A stretch of 31,211 nt of DNA from Thermoplasmata archaeon. Its GTDB lineage: Archaea > Thermoplasmatota > Thermoplasmata > GCA-020350865. How positions within the stretch are numbered: the stretch's first letter is position 1; each line of letters opens with the position of its first letter. This document shows, in pieces, positions 18,806 through 28,900 of this stretch. Location of the stretch: contig CP070751.1 in assembly GCA_020348445.1 (NCBI GenBank), positions 2,117,875 through 2,149,085 on the forward strand. Direction: 5' to 3'. The notes beneath the pieces are model-generated. The model did no database searches. It was not told where the DNA came from and worked only from the letters and a program-made list of their open reading frames with translations. Both the position numbers and the translations under genes were made by a program.

Positions 18806-19957
18806 CTAAATCTCCTTCAATCCCTTACAGACTTTCTCCAAATCCGGCATGAATTCATCCACAACCTTTCTCGTCACATGTGGCATAACAACGATCCTCA
18901 GACATTTTGGTTCCCTTGTTAAAGAAACTTTCCAGTTTAATTTGCCCAATTCAAATTGCACTTTCTCGGGCGCCTTCATATTGATACACACGATGTTCAT
19001 TATGGGTTCCATGGCGATATCCAGGCCGATTTCTCTGACCCTACGAGCCATATACTCGGTTGTATCCATACAGTCCTTTACTATGTTTCTGTATCCCTCT
19101 CTTCCTAGAAACTTCATGGCCGCCCATGCTGACACAGCGCCGGCACTGCATCTGGTTCCTGCCAATGATGCCTGTCTGGGATCGGTAAGGTAAGGCGAGC
19201 TTACGGCGATCTTTTTAAGGTGCTTTGCATCCCGTATTAGAAGAACACCCGCTGGTATAGTGGCCATCCCCATCTTGTGGGGGTCTGTTGATATGAAGTC
19301 AACGTTCGCTATCTCGAAATCGAAAGATGGCAGGGTATGGCCCAAGTCCTTTAAAAATGGGATAACAAATCCCCCAAATGCCGCATCCACATGAAGGATC
19401 GTGTCACTGCAAAGTTCTCCCAGCTCCTCTATGGGATCGATTACGCCAAATTCTGTAGTCCCTGCCATGGCCACCACAGCAGCTGTATTTTTGGAAAGCT
19501 TGCTCTCAACCTCCGAGAGTTCCAACTGCAGGTTATCTGTCAAACCCACCTCGATGGCTTTAAGGCCCAAAATGTCGGCGGCCTTCTGCAACGAATGGTG
19601 TGCACTTTTAGGAAAAATAACCTCTGTCCCACCTGAAACCTTCTTGGCTATCCATAATGCAGTTATATTGGCTTCCGTTCCTCCGCCCACAGTAAAACCC
19701 GATGCTCCATCCCCATGAAGAAGCTTTGAAATCCAGAAGATCAGTTCGTTCTCGATTTCAACTGTACCTGGGTATAATCCAGGATTACCCAAGTTGGCCT
19801 CTAAAAACATGGCATGTGCCTTTATTGCGATATCAATGGGCTTGGTACACATGGAACCAAGAATCCTACCGTCCGCAAAATGATAATCTTTTGAACTGGC
19901 CTTTTTTAACTCTGCAAGAACGCTTTCAAAGTCAGCACCGAATTCGTTCATTTCCAT
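18806..19957 (-). CDS. mfnA: L-tyrosine/L-aspartate decarboxylase (PLP-dependent group II)
   Basis: ILGSMCTKP, NLGNPGLYPGT, GGTEAN, LHVDAAFGGF and PLP-lysine motif DPHKMG; 383 aa, typical of archaeal MfnA. The substrate cannot be decided from sequence. Confidence 0.92.
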   Translation of the reverse strand: MEMNEFGADFESVLAELKKASSKDYHFADGRILGSMCTKPIDIAIKAHAMFLEANLGNPGLYPGTVEIENELIFWISKLLHGDGASGFTVGGGTEANITALWIAKKVSGGTEVIFPKSAHHSLQKAADILGLKAIEVGLTDNLQLELSEVESKLSKNTAAVVAMAGTTEFGVIDPIEELGELCSDTILHVDAAFGGFVIPFLKDLGHTLPSFDFEIANVDFISTDPHKMGMATIPAGVLLIRDAKHLKKIAVSSPYLTDPRQASLAGTRCSAGAVSAWAAMKFLGREGYRNIVKDCMDTTEYMARRVREIGLDIAMEPIMNIVCINMKAPEKVQFELGKLNWKVSLTREPKCLRIVVMPHVTRKVVDEFMPDLEKVCKGLKEI

Positions 19958-20030
19958 TCCAAGGGCATAATGAAAACTTTGAAATTAATAGTTTTTCATA
20001 AACCATGAAATAATACCCGAGGAAGGGTGA

Positions 20031-20969
20031 CTAACTCCCAAGCCTCTTAATCAAGAACCTTGTCGTAATGCTGTCTCTTAAAAAATGCTGGGGCACCTTA
20101 ACCTCATATTCTAACTTTAATTGGTCCAATAGAGCTCCAAACCTTTCCAAACGCTTGTGAATGGGTGTTGGAAAGTATCTCCTGATAGCTTCAGTATCAT
20201 TTTCTAGGGTGCTTAAGTATCCGTTGATTGACGTTAAAAGCTGGGTTATATCTCTTTGGACGCTGGGTTCAAATTCGTCCCCAGAAAACTCCCAGCGCAT
20301 CTTCGTGGTTTCCACATCGATTATGGATACTCCTTCGATTTCAAGATTAAGATCCTCTCGAAAACCCATCATCAATTCTTCGATGGTCTCAGGGTCCAAA
20401 TTGATACGAATATGGGAGTGTTTTAGATCTCTATGTGCACAGTAATTGTGCATCACATAGAGTGTGTTTATCACACTCTCAACAACGGAATCGATATCGA
20501 TCCTTTCGTCTACTATGGCCTGCCCCAGGCTAATTGAATCTATGAACTCCTCTACCAATAGGGCTGCGATTTTACACCCAGGTTTCATCTCATGTAATTC
20601 AGAAAGGTCTTTTATTCTGTTTCTAAAGAATCCGAGCACCTCGGGAACGAAAATAAATTTCTTCATTTTAAGTAGATTTTTCATCTCGACAAGGATGTTT
20701 TCCTCTGTGCTCACCTTGGCAAAAACTGAGCTTTCACCCATAAGATTGTTTTGGCCTGACACATATTTAAAGCTGGGATGAGTGGCCCAGATTCCCCCGA
20801 TACTGGGGGTCTTTGAGAATATATTGACTTTACCAGGGGAATTGAAGTTCAACTTCACATCTTGCTCAGAAACCACATTAAATGGAGTGATATAGTTTGA
20901 GGCGGTAATCAGATGCCTGTATTGGGAATATTTGTTCAATGCATCATTCACCGGTAGCCAGATTTTCAT
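20031..20969 (-). CDS. Atypical protein-kinase-like fold protein (Bud32/Kdo/RIO-like)
   Basis: VFAK (beta3 Lys), LLVEEFIDSISL (hinge-like), HRDLKHSH (catalytic loop) and IIDVE (DFG equivalent) occur in the expected order; 312 aa. Confidence 0.65.
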   Translation of the reverse strand: MKIWLPVNDALNKYSQYRHLITASNYITPFNVVSEQDVKLNFNSPGKVNIFSKTPSIGGIWATHPSFKYVSGQNNLMGESSVFAKVSTEENILVEMKNLLKMKKFIFVPEVLGFFRNRIKDLSELHEMKPGCKIAALLVEEFIDSISLGQAIVDERIDIDSVVESVINTLYVMHNYCAHRDLKHSHIRINLDPETIEELMMGFREDLNLEIEGVSIIDVETTKMRWEFSGDEFEPSVQRDITQLLTSINGYLSTLENDTEAIRRYFPTPIHKRLERFGALLDQLKLEYEVKVPQHFLRDSITTRFLIKRLGS

Positions 20970-21101
20970 TCCCCCGGATTTTTCGCCATTATCAATGATT
21001 CTGTCACTTAATCCTAATTTACAATGGTATTATAAGAACATTGAAATTAAAACTTTTTGCTTATCAATTAGAATTCTGATTCCGAGAGCCTTGAGAATGG
21101 C

Positions 21102-21251
21102 TTATCCGCCTCTGCTCTCCCTTGCCTTGACCCTGAGGTGCTTGTACCCGCACTTCCTGCATCTTGTTGCCCTGATGGCATTTCTGGCGTAGCATTTCAT
21201 GCAGATTTTCTTTATGAGGAGCCTGCGTTCAGCTTCTGGGAATCGTGCCAT
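21102..21251 (-). CDS. rpl40e: 50S ribosomal protein L40e
   Basis: Hand translation [49 protein letters not shown] (49 aa, CxxC...CxxC). Too short for the ORF track. Confidence 0.97.
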   Translation of the reverse strand: MARFPEAERRLLIKKICMKCYARNAIRATRCRKCGYKHLRVKARESRGG

Positions 21252-21289
21252 GTTCTTGCCTCGGTAGAAAAGCGGAATGAAATTTGGCT

Positions 21290-21298
21290 ATTTAAAAG
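21290..21298 (-). promoter_or_regulatory. Putative TATA box of rpl40e
   Basis: TTTTAAATA on the minus strand, about 40 bp upstream of the ATG. Confidence 0.55.
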
Positions 21299-21358
21299 TT
21301 GGCTTTGAGGTAGGATTGCACCATTTTCAACAATTCTCGAATTCGATTCGAATTTTTA

Positions 21359-21450
21359 GGGTGGGCGGAGGGGGGAAAGGTGGTGGGGATCCCCCCTTAA
21401 AATAGGCATTCATTCCTCTAGAAACATATTTTTTGGGTGGGCGGAGGGGG
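21359..21450 (+). repeat. Two identical 16-bp G-rich direct repeats GGGTGGGCGGAGGGGG
   Basis: Copies at 21359-21374 and 21435-21450, each preceded by a T run, in the rfcS-rpl40e intergenic region. Confidence 0.85.
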
Positions 21451-21534
21451 TCCGGATGGAGGGATTAATATACATAAAAATACCCCAATTTAAAAAGAGC
21501 CTATAAAACACAATCAGAGACCAGATTTTTTTGA

Positions 21535-22497
21535 TTAATGCTCCATATCCTCTCCAGCCAAGATGAACTGTGAAAGCAGAGCCTCCAGCTGAATGCGCTC
21601 GTTGCCTCCTTCCACTATTCTGAACTCTACCTCACCCACCTTGTCTACAAGCTGGACCTTTTTATGGTCTGGGATGGGCAGATCGACTATGGCCCTGTGT
21701 ATCTGTCTAACCACATCTTCCCCGGAAAGGCCGTACATAATCAAAAGATCGTCCAGTTGGGCTCTTGCCTCCAAGAAGTTACCCCCAAGTGCTGTTGTTA
21801 ATAAATTCTTTACGTCCTCGGGCCTTGCCAAGGCTGCTGTTTTGTAAATCATATTGGAGTCTATTTTATCACCCATTGTGGCTGCAACTTGAAGGGAATT
21901 TGTCGCGCGTCGCAAGTCACCCTCGGCAACGTATACCAAAGCCTCTAATCCATCATCCGTGATCTCCTTCCCCTCCGCTTTTAAAATCCGATTTAGGTAA
22001 CTTTTGATATCCTCGGCCTTAAGTGGTCTGAACCTGAAAACCGCGCATCGCGATTGAATGGGCTCGATGATCTTGGACGAATAGTTACAGGACAGTATGA
22101 AACGGCATGTATGTGTATACTTCTCCATGGTACGCCTAAGTGCAGCCTGGGCTTCTGGAGTCAGGGCATCTGCCTCGTCCAGAAATATTATCTTGAATCT
22201 CGCTTCACCCATTGGAGCAATCCTGGCATAGTCCTTGATCTTTGTTCTTACAACCTGTATGCCCCTTTCATCAGAGGCGTTCATCTCCTGGAAGTTGTCT
22301 TTCCAGTTCTCGCCGAAAAGACCCCTTGCCAAGGCTATGGCGCACGTGGTCTTCCCAGTGCCTGCTGGACCTGCAAATAAAAGATGGGGCGTGGTCTTGG
22401 TCTCAGCGTAGGCTTTGAGTCTGTCCGTGATTTCGTTTTGCCCCACCACTTCTTCCAAAATCTTGGGCCGGTACTTCTCCACCCAGACGTCTTTCAT
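21535..22497 (-). CDS. rfcS: Replication factor C small subunit
   Basis: WVEKYRP, Walker A GPAGTGKT, NASDERG, Walker B DEAD, SRC motif; 320 aa, no intein; GGAGG SD. Confidence 0.97.
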   Translation of the reverse strand: MKDVWVEKYRPKILEEVVGQNEITDRLKAYAETKTTPHLLFAGPAGTGKTTCAIALARGLFGENWKDNFQEMNASDERGIQVVRTKIKDYARIAPMGEARFKIIFLDEADALTPEAQAALRRTMEKYTHTCRFILSCNYSSKIIEPIQSRCAVFRFRPLKAEDIKSYLNRILKAEGKEITDDGLEALVYVAEGDLRRATNSLQVAATMGDKIDSNMIYKTAALARPEDVKNLLTTALGGNFLEARAQLDDLLIMYGLSGEDVVRQIHRAIVDLPIPDHKKVQLVDKVGEVEFRIVEGGNERIQLEALLSQFILAGEDMEH

Positions 22498-22604
22498 ACT
22501 GCCTCCCCTTTTCTGCGGATTATTATGTTGGGTGGTAATTAAGGTTTGGGTATTTTAAATAGATACTTTTTAATTCGATGGTGTTATGTAAAAATTATCT
22601 CATA

Positions 22605-24758
22605 TCAATTAATTATGATCCATTCACAATCTTGTGTTACAAGGATCCAATATCCCTCTCCGGTTCTCATATATTCAAGATCATTTCCAAAGGGCTTGCC
22701 AGATTTTTTGTGCTTCCATGGATCATTTATGTCTAAGCAATTAAAATGTTGTACGGCATCGATTTTACTTTCCGTCCAGAGAAGGCCGAGTGCACTCTCG
22801 ATAGTTTTATTGGTAATGGAGGGGTAACCCACAAAATTCCAGCCGCTTCCTGATGCGTTTAATTTTATATTTATGGATGAGGGCACTCTTCCAGCAACTT
22901 TCAAATTGGAGTTGGTTTTCATATGGATCCAAACACTCATCGTGGGATCAATGTTATTAAGGCCATTCTCACTCGATATCCAGTTATCCTTTGTGGCATC
23001 ATACCAAATTATGATATCATAGTTACCATTAACCGATGAAAACACCGTCTCTAAAGACGAATTCTTTTGAATGAACGGAATTGATATCATGTTCCAACCT
23101 TCTCCCAATGGAAGGAGATACTTCCCTGCTATGTTTGAAGTTACTGATTCACCTATGGTCTTATTTACTGCTGTGACCATGTAAAAGTAATTGTTTGAAT
23201 CTATAGCTGCATTTGTATCGTTCCACATTGTAGCTAATGGATCCGGTTCATTGGTTGTATTACTCCATAAGATATATGGGCCATTGCCTTGGTTACTCCT
23301 GTAAATATTATAATAGTCAACATTTGATAAATTTGACATATTCCACCCTAGAGTTATGTCATCACCATTTATCCAAGCCATAAGATCTGCGGGTGTCTCA
23401 GGAATAGATTGATTACCTGAAGCCTCGTACCATACCACATCCCATACGTTGAATCCTACAGCTACAATATCAGATCTGTTGATCCCATCGATATCTGCAA
23501 TAGATATGCCTCTAGCACCCTGCAGGTCATCGTCAATGGTATGTTTTGTCCAGGTATCGATGGGGTCAGCTGGGGATTCGTACCATACAACATCATGTGA
23601 TCCTGCACTTGTTGCTGCCACATCGGTAACATTTTCCCCATCAATATCCCCAACATACACATACGAAGCCCTGTTAAGATTGATATCAATGTTGTGTTTC
23701 GTCCAAATTCCAGTGGGATCGGAGGGCGCCTCATACCATACCACATCATCTGCATTGAATCCTGTGGCCACCACATCTACACCATTAATTCCATCGATAT
23801 CGGCAACATGTACATCATGTGCCTCCTCTAAGTTGGCATCTATGGTGTGCTTTATCCATGTCCCGGTAGGGTCGAAGGGGGATTCGTACCAGACCACCTC
23901 CCAGGCATTATATCCCGCCACCACAACATCGCTCTTATTGACCCCATCGATATCTGCAACGTACACCCCAATTGCTCCATCCAGATTCGTGTCTATATTG
24001 TGTTTAATCCATATGCCGGTGGGATCATCAGGTGCTTCATACCATACTACATCACCAGCAGCATATCCTGTTGCTACCACATCTGGATTCATGTCTTCAT
24101 CGATATCGGCGACATGTACACCCCAAGCTCCATCAAAGTTGGTATCGATGTCATGCTTAGTCCATGTTCCAGTGGGATCATCTGGGGCCTCATACCACAC
24201 AATATCATCATCAGTGGACCCCGAGGCTACAACGTCTGGATTTGTATCATCATCAATATCAGCAACATAAACAATAATTGCTCCAACCAAACTGTTATCT
24301 ATTGTGTATCTTGTCCATGCATCTTTTGGATCAACTGGTGCTTCATACCACACCACGACATCACCTGTGATTCCTGTTGCTACCACATCATTCCCATTTA
24401 GACCATCGATATCTGCGACAAATACATAGCTTCCCCCATCCAGGGAAGTGTCAATTTCATTTTTTGTCCAGCCCTCATAGACACCTCTCGTAGAATGCTT
24501 AACGCAAGGTGTTTTTTCTAATTCAACAGGGCACTTATCTGTATCTTCAGATACGTTATTTGATGAGTTAGAATAAGTATCATCGGGAATGATAGATATT
24601 GCGGTTATTAGTAAAAAAACCATAAATAATGATGTTATAATAGCAATATTATTCCTTCTATCACATGTTTTGTCTCGTCTATGGTACCTTGAGTAGATTA
24701 TAATGCCTTTATCTTCTATTACTAACTCACTACTTTCACTCTGTGATCTCATTTCCAT
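22605..24758 (-). CDS. Secreted FG-GAP/VCBS 7-blade propeller protein with an FN3-like domain and a duplicated C-terminal GWN module
   Basis: N-terminal TM/signal (IAIITSLFMVFLLITAISII). Seven 51-aa repeats WxKHxIDxNxxGAxxVxVADIDGxxxxDVVAxGxxxxDVVWYEAP. FN3-like TLGW...YYNIYRS...YFYMVTAVN. Two GWN(M/F)(I/V)xxP repeats at the C-terminus. Confidence 0.88.
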   Translation of the reverse strand: MEMRSQSESSELVIEDKGIIIYSRYHRRDKTCDRRNNIAIITSLFMVFLLITAISIIPDDTYSNSSNNVSEDTDKCPVELEKTPCVKHSTRGVYEGWTKNEIDTSLDGGSYVFVADIDGLNGNDVVATGITGDVVVWYEAPVDPKDAWTRYTIDNSLVGAIIVYVADIDDDTNPDVVASGSTDDDIVWYEAPDDPTGTWTKHDIDTNFDGAWGVHVADIDEDMNPDVVATGYAAGDVVWYEAPDDPTGIWIKHNIDTNLDGAIGVYVADIDGVNKSDVVVAGYNAWEVVWYESPFDPTGTWIKHTIDANLEEAHDVHVADIDGINGVDVVATGFNADDVVWYEAPSDPTGIWTKHNIDINLNRASYVYVGDIDGENVTDVAATSAGSHDVVWYESPADPIDTWTKHTIDDDLQGARGISIADIDGINRSDIVAVGFNVWDVVWYEASGNQSIPETPADLMAWINGDDITLGWNMSNLSNVDYYNIYRSNQGNGPYILWSNTTNEPDPLATMWNDTNAAIDSNNYFYMVTAVNKTIGESVTSNIAGKYLLPLGEGWNMISIPFIQKNSSLETVFSSVNGNYDIIIWYDATKDNWISSENGLNNIDPTMSVWIHMKTNSNLKVAGRVPSSINIKLNASGSGWNFVGYPSITNKTIESALGLLWTESKIDAVQHFNCLDINDPWKHKKSGKPFGNDLEYMRTGEGYWILVTQDCEWIIIN

Positions 24759-24856
24759 CCCTTTGTCTTATGCGATTCAATCTCCTTTTAAAGTATTGAC
24801 CCTCGAAATTCATTGCATTTGGACTACTTATATTTTGCGCCATTGTTGGCAAGGTT

Positions 24857-24864
24857 TATTTATA
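24857..24864 (-). promoter_or_regulatory. Possible TATA box of the FG-GAP gene
   Basis: TATAAATA on the minus strand, about 100 bp upstream of ATG 24758. Confidence 0.35.
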
Positions 24865-24908
24865 GAGATTTCAAACGGTTTTCTCCCTAATGATTATATA
24901 ATTTAGAT

Positions 24909-25892
24909 TTATTTTTGTTTTGTGAATTTCCGGTAAGAATAAATCAGAAACATTATTATGATTACAAGTACCAAGATAATTATTATAAAGACCCAGTAAT
25001 CTGTCGTTGGCTCTTTAGGGGGTGTTTCTAATATGAAATCCTCTATTATCGGTTCATTTTCGTTTACCTGTACATTCACTCTATTTTCGGTTTCATATCC
25101 TGTCTTTGATACCATTATGTTGTAATATCCTTCGGGTAAATCATCTATCCTGTAACTTCCATCTGCTGACGTTGTTGCCATTCCTACTGTATTAGTTGTT
25201 GTATTATAAGCGATAACTATCGCCCCTTCTATCGGGTGATTGTTTGAGTCATTAACGGTACCTGATATTGAGTTGGTTTCACCTTCTGTAACACTCACTT
25301 TCACAAAATCGGTAAATAGATCACTGTTTGAGTCGCCATCACCATATTGGGCGTACACCAGTATATAGAGATTGTTATCTGGATCAATATAATTATCAGG
25401 CTGGGTTGTATAACTAATTGTAATATTAACATCTTCATCAATAGAACTGCTGTAGTTTCCCAACACTTCCCAGTTTGAATTTGTCGCGTTCCAGATAAAT
25501 GTCTCTACTCCAAATTCACTAGATATAAAACTCCAGCTTGAGCCCTCCCACAGAATTGATATTTTTGTTATTTGCTCTTCCATTATTTTAAAGTTAAATA
25601 GATGGTAAGGGTAACCAAAGTCAATGGTATCATTAAAAGAGAATGAGCTTTTGTGTTGGTCATCACTGATTGATACCTTATTATAATCCAGTGCAATAAA
25701 GGGATTAATCATGAGAACCGAAGGACTTGAAGGGGGGGTAGGTTCAGTACCTATTCCCTCCCAGGCTTTGTTGTTTGAATAGTCCTGGTAGGTATAATGT
25801 GTTGTCTCTGCTAAAAGTTGGGGTAGTGAGACTGCCACCAACAAAAATATAGTTGTTAGTGCTAGAGTTTTTCTTAATGCAAATGCTGTTAT
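24909..25892 (-). CDS. Membrane-anchored protein with a carboxypeptidase-regulatory-like (Ig/Big) domain; start probably ATA at 25892
   Basis: SISGTVNDSNNHPIEGAIV...DGSYRIDDLPEGYYNIMVSKTGY. C-terminal TM followed by RKFTKQK. The ORF track starts at TTG 25844 inside the signal peptide, but the frame extends to ATA just after a GAGGTGA SD, giving ITAFALRKTLALTTIFLLVAVSLPQLLA-E. Confidence 0.8.
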   Translation of the reverse strand: MTAFALRKTLALTTIFLLVAVSLPQLLAETTHYTYQDYSNNKAWEGIGTEPTPPSSPSVLMINPFIALDYNKVSISDDQHKSSFSFNDTIDFGYPYHLFNFKIMEEQITKISILWEGSSWSFISSEFGVETFIWNATNSNWEVLGNYSSSIDEDVNITISYTTQPDNYIDPDNNLYILVYAQYGDGDSNSDLFTDFVKVSVTEGETNSISGTVNDSNNHPIEGAIVIAYNTTTNTVGMATTSADGSYRIDDLPEGYYNIMVSKTGYETENRVNVQVNENEPIIEDFILETPPKEPTTDYWVFIIIILVLVIIIMFLIYSYRKFTKQK

Positions 25893-25901
25893 GCACTCAC
25901 C

Positions 25902-28900
25902 TCATAAATATGTTGTACTTCCTAAATTACCAACAGTGGCATGGGAATCCCAATATTGTGGTCTGTCATCAAGTGTGGCGTGATTTGCAGCTGTATAATC
26001 GTCATTTGCCTCTGCATATATATATGCCTCACGCAAAGAAACGAAACCGTTACCATCTGAATCAGGCGATACACCGCTAAAAGCACCATTAGTATAAGTT
26101 GCAGTTCCTAACATTACATCGCCAGTTGCTGGGTTAAGTGCCACCTGATGATGGTAGACAAAGCCCCGTGTACTTTGAGAGTGAGATACTCTATAATCTT
26201 GAGACATAGATATCAAGACATCACCGGCAAGGTCATTAATATTTCTATTGGCATCCACATCTCCTGCTGCCTGAGTTGAACCAGCTGATAATAGACCAGG
26301 ATCTATGAATCCACCGCAATAGCATGTGCCCATTGTAACTGCGATTCTTGCACAAGTGTAGTCTGCTAACCAGTCCTCAACCTCATGATCGTCTAATAAA
26401 CCGTTTCCCCAGCACATCACTGATGCATCTGGTACATTGGCATCATCACCATGATCATAGAACCATACATATAGAAAATCATTGGGATCTGTCAGGGTAT
26501 TCTCCAGAGTCGTATCAAGGAAGGTTGTTATCGTAGCATCTGTTGCATCATCATCTATCATTGTTGTATGTGTGTTTATAGCATTACAAGCGCCAGGATT
26601 GTTGCAATTATTATTGTCTGGTGTGTTACCGTCTGCGTAAAATACAAAGACATTTTGTGCTGTATAACGATAATCATCGAGTAGAACATCATAAATATCT
26701 ACCAGTTGATTCCAATATCTTGGATGATTACCACCTGACCTGACACCACCAACGTATAATACAGCATAACGGTCGTTATGTACGGTAGGATTCTGCCAAC
26801 CACCATTACTGACTCCACATTCTTCCTCGTAGCCATCTAGCATAGCATCTCCATCCGTATCTGGATTCTCTGGATTTGTACCCACATCACCCTCCTCGTA
26901 GTCAGTTAAAAGATCGTCATCCATATCATGCTGGTTGGGATCCTTCCATCCATGCGTGCATATATGGAATTGCATCTCTGCTAGATTATGAGTTACCACC
27001 CAATCAAAGGTGATTGTATGTTGTCCAACGGAGACTTTGCTTTCTTCGTCATTTAGATCGACATCTGTATCTGGATCTAGGAAAAACACGAATTCACTGT
27101 CTTCATAGAGGTGGTTTCCGCTTGTGGTGCTCGTACTGATTGTGCTTGTACTGTCTAATTTTAGATTGTTTATATAACCCCCATCATGCACATGCCCTCT
27201 GAAATACAGATATTTTGTTTCTACTGTATTTTGGAATATGATTTCAGTTGGGAAAGTTCCTAACACAGGGTCTGGGCAGACAAAAACAATGGGCAAATTT
27301 GAAGTGATATATAGTGTACTTGTTACTCCGCTTGCATCATCATCAAAATCTGTTTCCCAAAACAATTCGTAATCACCTTTTGCCAGTGCATTTGTGGAAG
27401 TTACTGTGATTTCTCCTTTATAATCTGTTGAGGAATCGACATTTGTATCGATGGTATTACCATTGATGTCTTTCAATTCGATATTGTTGAATATATCCTC
27501 ATTATCTATAGAAGTTGGATTACCATCGTTGTAGCTCTTTAATGTTATAGATACCTGTGTATTTGCAGTGTTTTCTTGGTATACATGTGCAGTGAATATC
27601 TCATACCAACCAGGATCTGTTGGGCTAAAAGGATCATTGGCACCAGCAGGAGCAGTTATTTTCACCTCTTCAATATATACATTTTCCACAGCTCCCCCAG
27701 CATAGGGGCAAGGTGGGTCTCTAAACTCGCCTCCTGCATCGCTTTGTACGTCATCCAAAAATGATGCAACTGTAGTATCTGACCTAGTATAAGTTACACT
27801 CTTGGATGGGTCTGTGTTATATTTACCGACCTCATCGTTATCACCAAGACCATCACTATCAGTATCGCTCTTTTGTGGATCTGCACTGTGTTGTTCCTCA
27901 TGAAAATCACTCAAACCATCTCCATCCGTGTCCTTTACCAGAGGATCTGAGGTCACATGATACGTTGTTGTCGAGCTAGTTACGACTGTAACATACCAAC
28001 CGTCAACCTCATCTTTATCGCATAACCTATCGCTATCTGTATCCCATTTTCTTGGGTTGGTAGAATGTTGTTTCTCTCCTTTTACTTCTGTGGTGTCCAA
28101 TGCTCCATTATTATTATCGTCATGCCATCCATCCCACAAGCCATCCCCATCTGTATCAGAGTTTTTTGGATGTAAAACTTTCTGAAATTCTTCGAGATTA
28201 GTTAATCCGTCTTTATCTGGATCATTGGCAGCATCAGTTTGATCTAGTGGTTTAAATCCATACCTAATTTCCCAGCCATCCTGCATATAGTCAGTATCAG
28301 TATCCCAGTTGAATGGATGTGTTCCAAGGAGGTATTCCTCTTTATTAACAAGATCATCATAATCTGGATCTTCATAGGCATCTGCATAGTTAAGGGGATC
28401 GAGATCATAATAAATCTCCCAACCATCGGGTATTTCGTCATTGTCGCTGTCTGGATCAATTATATTGTGATATATGGTTGTACCATCAATCAAAGTTTCG
28501 AATACATAATTTTTGTCTCCATCAGTATCCTCATACCTGAAATCTCTGCACCTTCCTGAGTAATAAATTACTTCAGGGTAATCATCTATGCCATCATTAT
28601 CAGCATCTTGATCCATGTCTACGGCATTTGGGTCGCTGAAAGAATATTTCTCTATTCTACTTGAGAAGCTAACCAATAATGAGTTCGGGAATTCTATAAC
28701 AGTTCCACTACCATCTGTAGTTACAAATAAGGTGGCAATAACAACACCATCCATCTTCACCTGTATTGGCAGATTGAAAATATAGAATGCGACTGCTATG
28801 TCTTCATTTATGTTATTTTTTATAGATGCTGGGCTTATGATATGCGGTGATGTTTCATACCCTGGGACAGAACCGCCATCGTTAATTAGAAGGGTGAATG

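Noticed and set aside
20932-21192. 86 aa plus-strand ORF
   Set aside because: Antisense to rpl40e and the kinase start; the real gene is the 49 aa rpl40e on the minus strand.
21535-22497. Intein in RFC small subunit
   Set aside because: Normal 320 aa length with contiguous Walker A, Walker B and SRC motifs.
23449-24401. Long plus-strand ORFs (273 aa and 184 aa)
   Set aside because: Antisense shadows of the repetitive FG-GAP gene with Ser/Thr-rich low-information translations.
25902-25904. Selenocysteine recoding of the in-frame TGA
   Set aside because: No SECIS-like hairpin or redox motif was recognised, and the TGA doubles as part of an SD followed by a fresh signal peptide.
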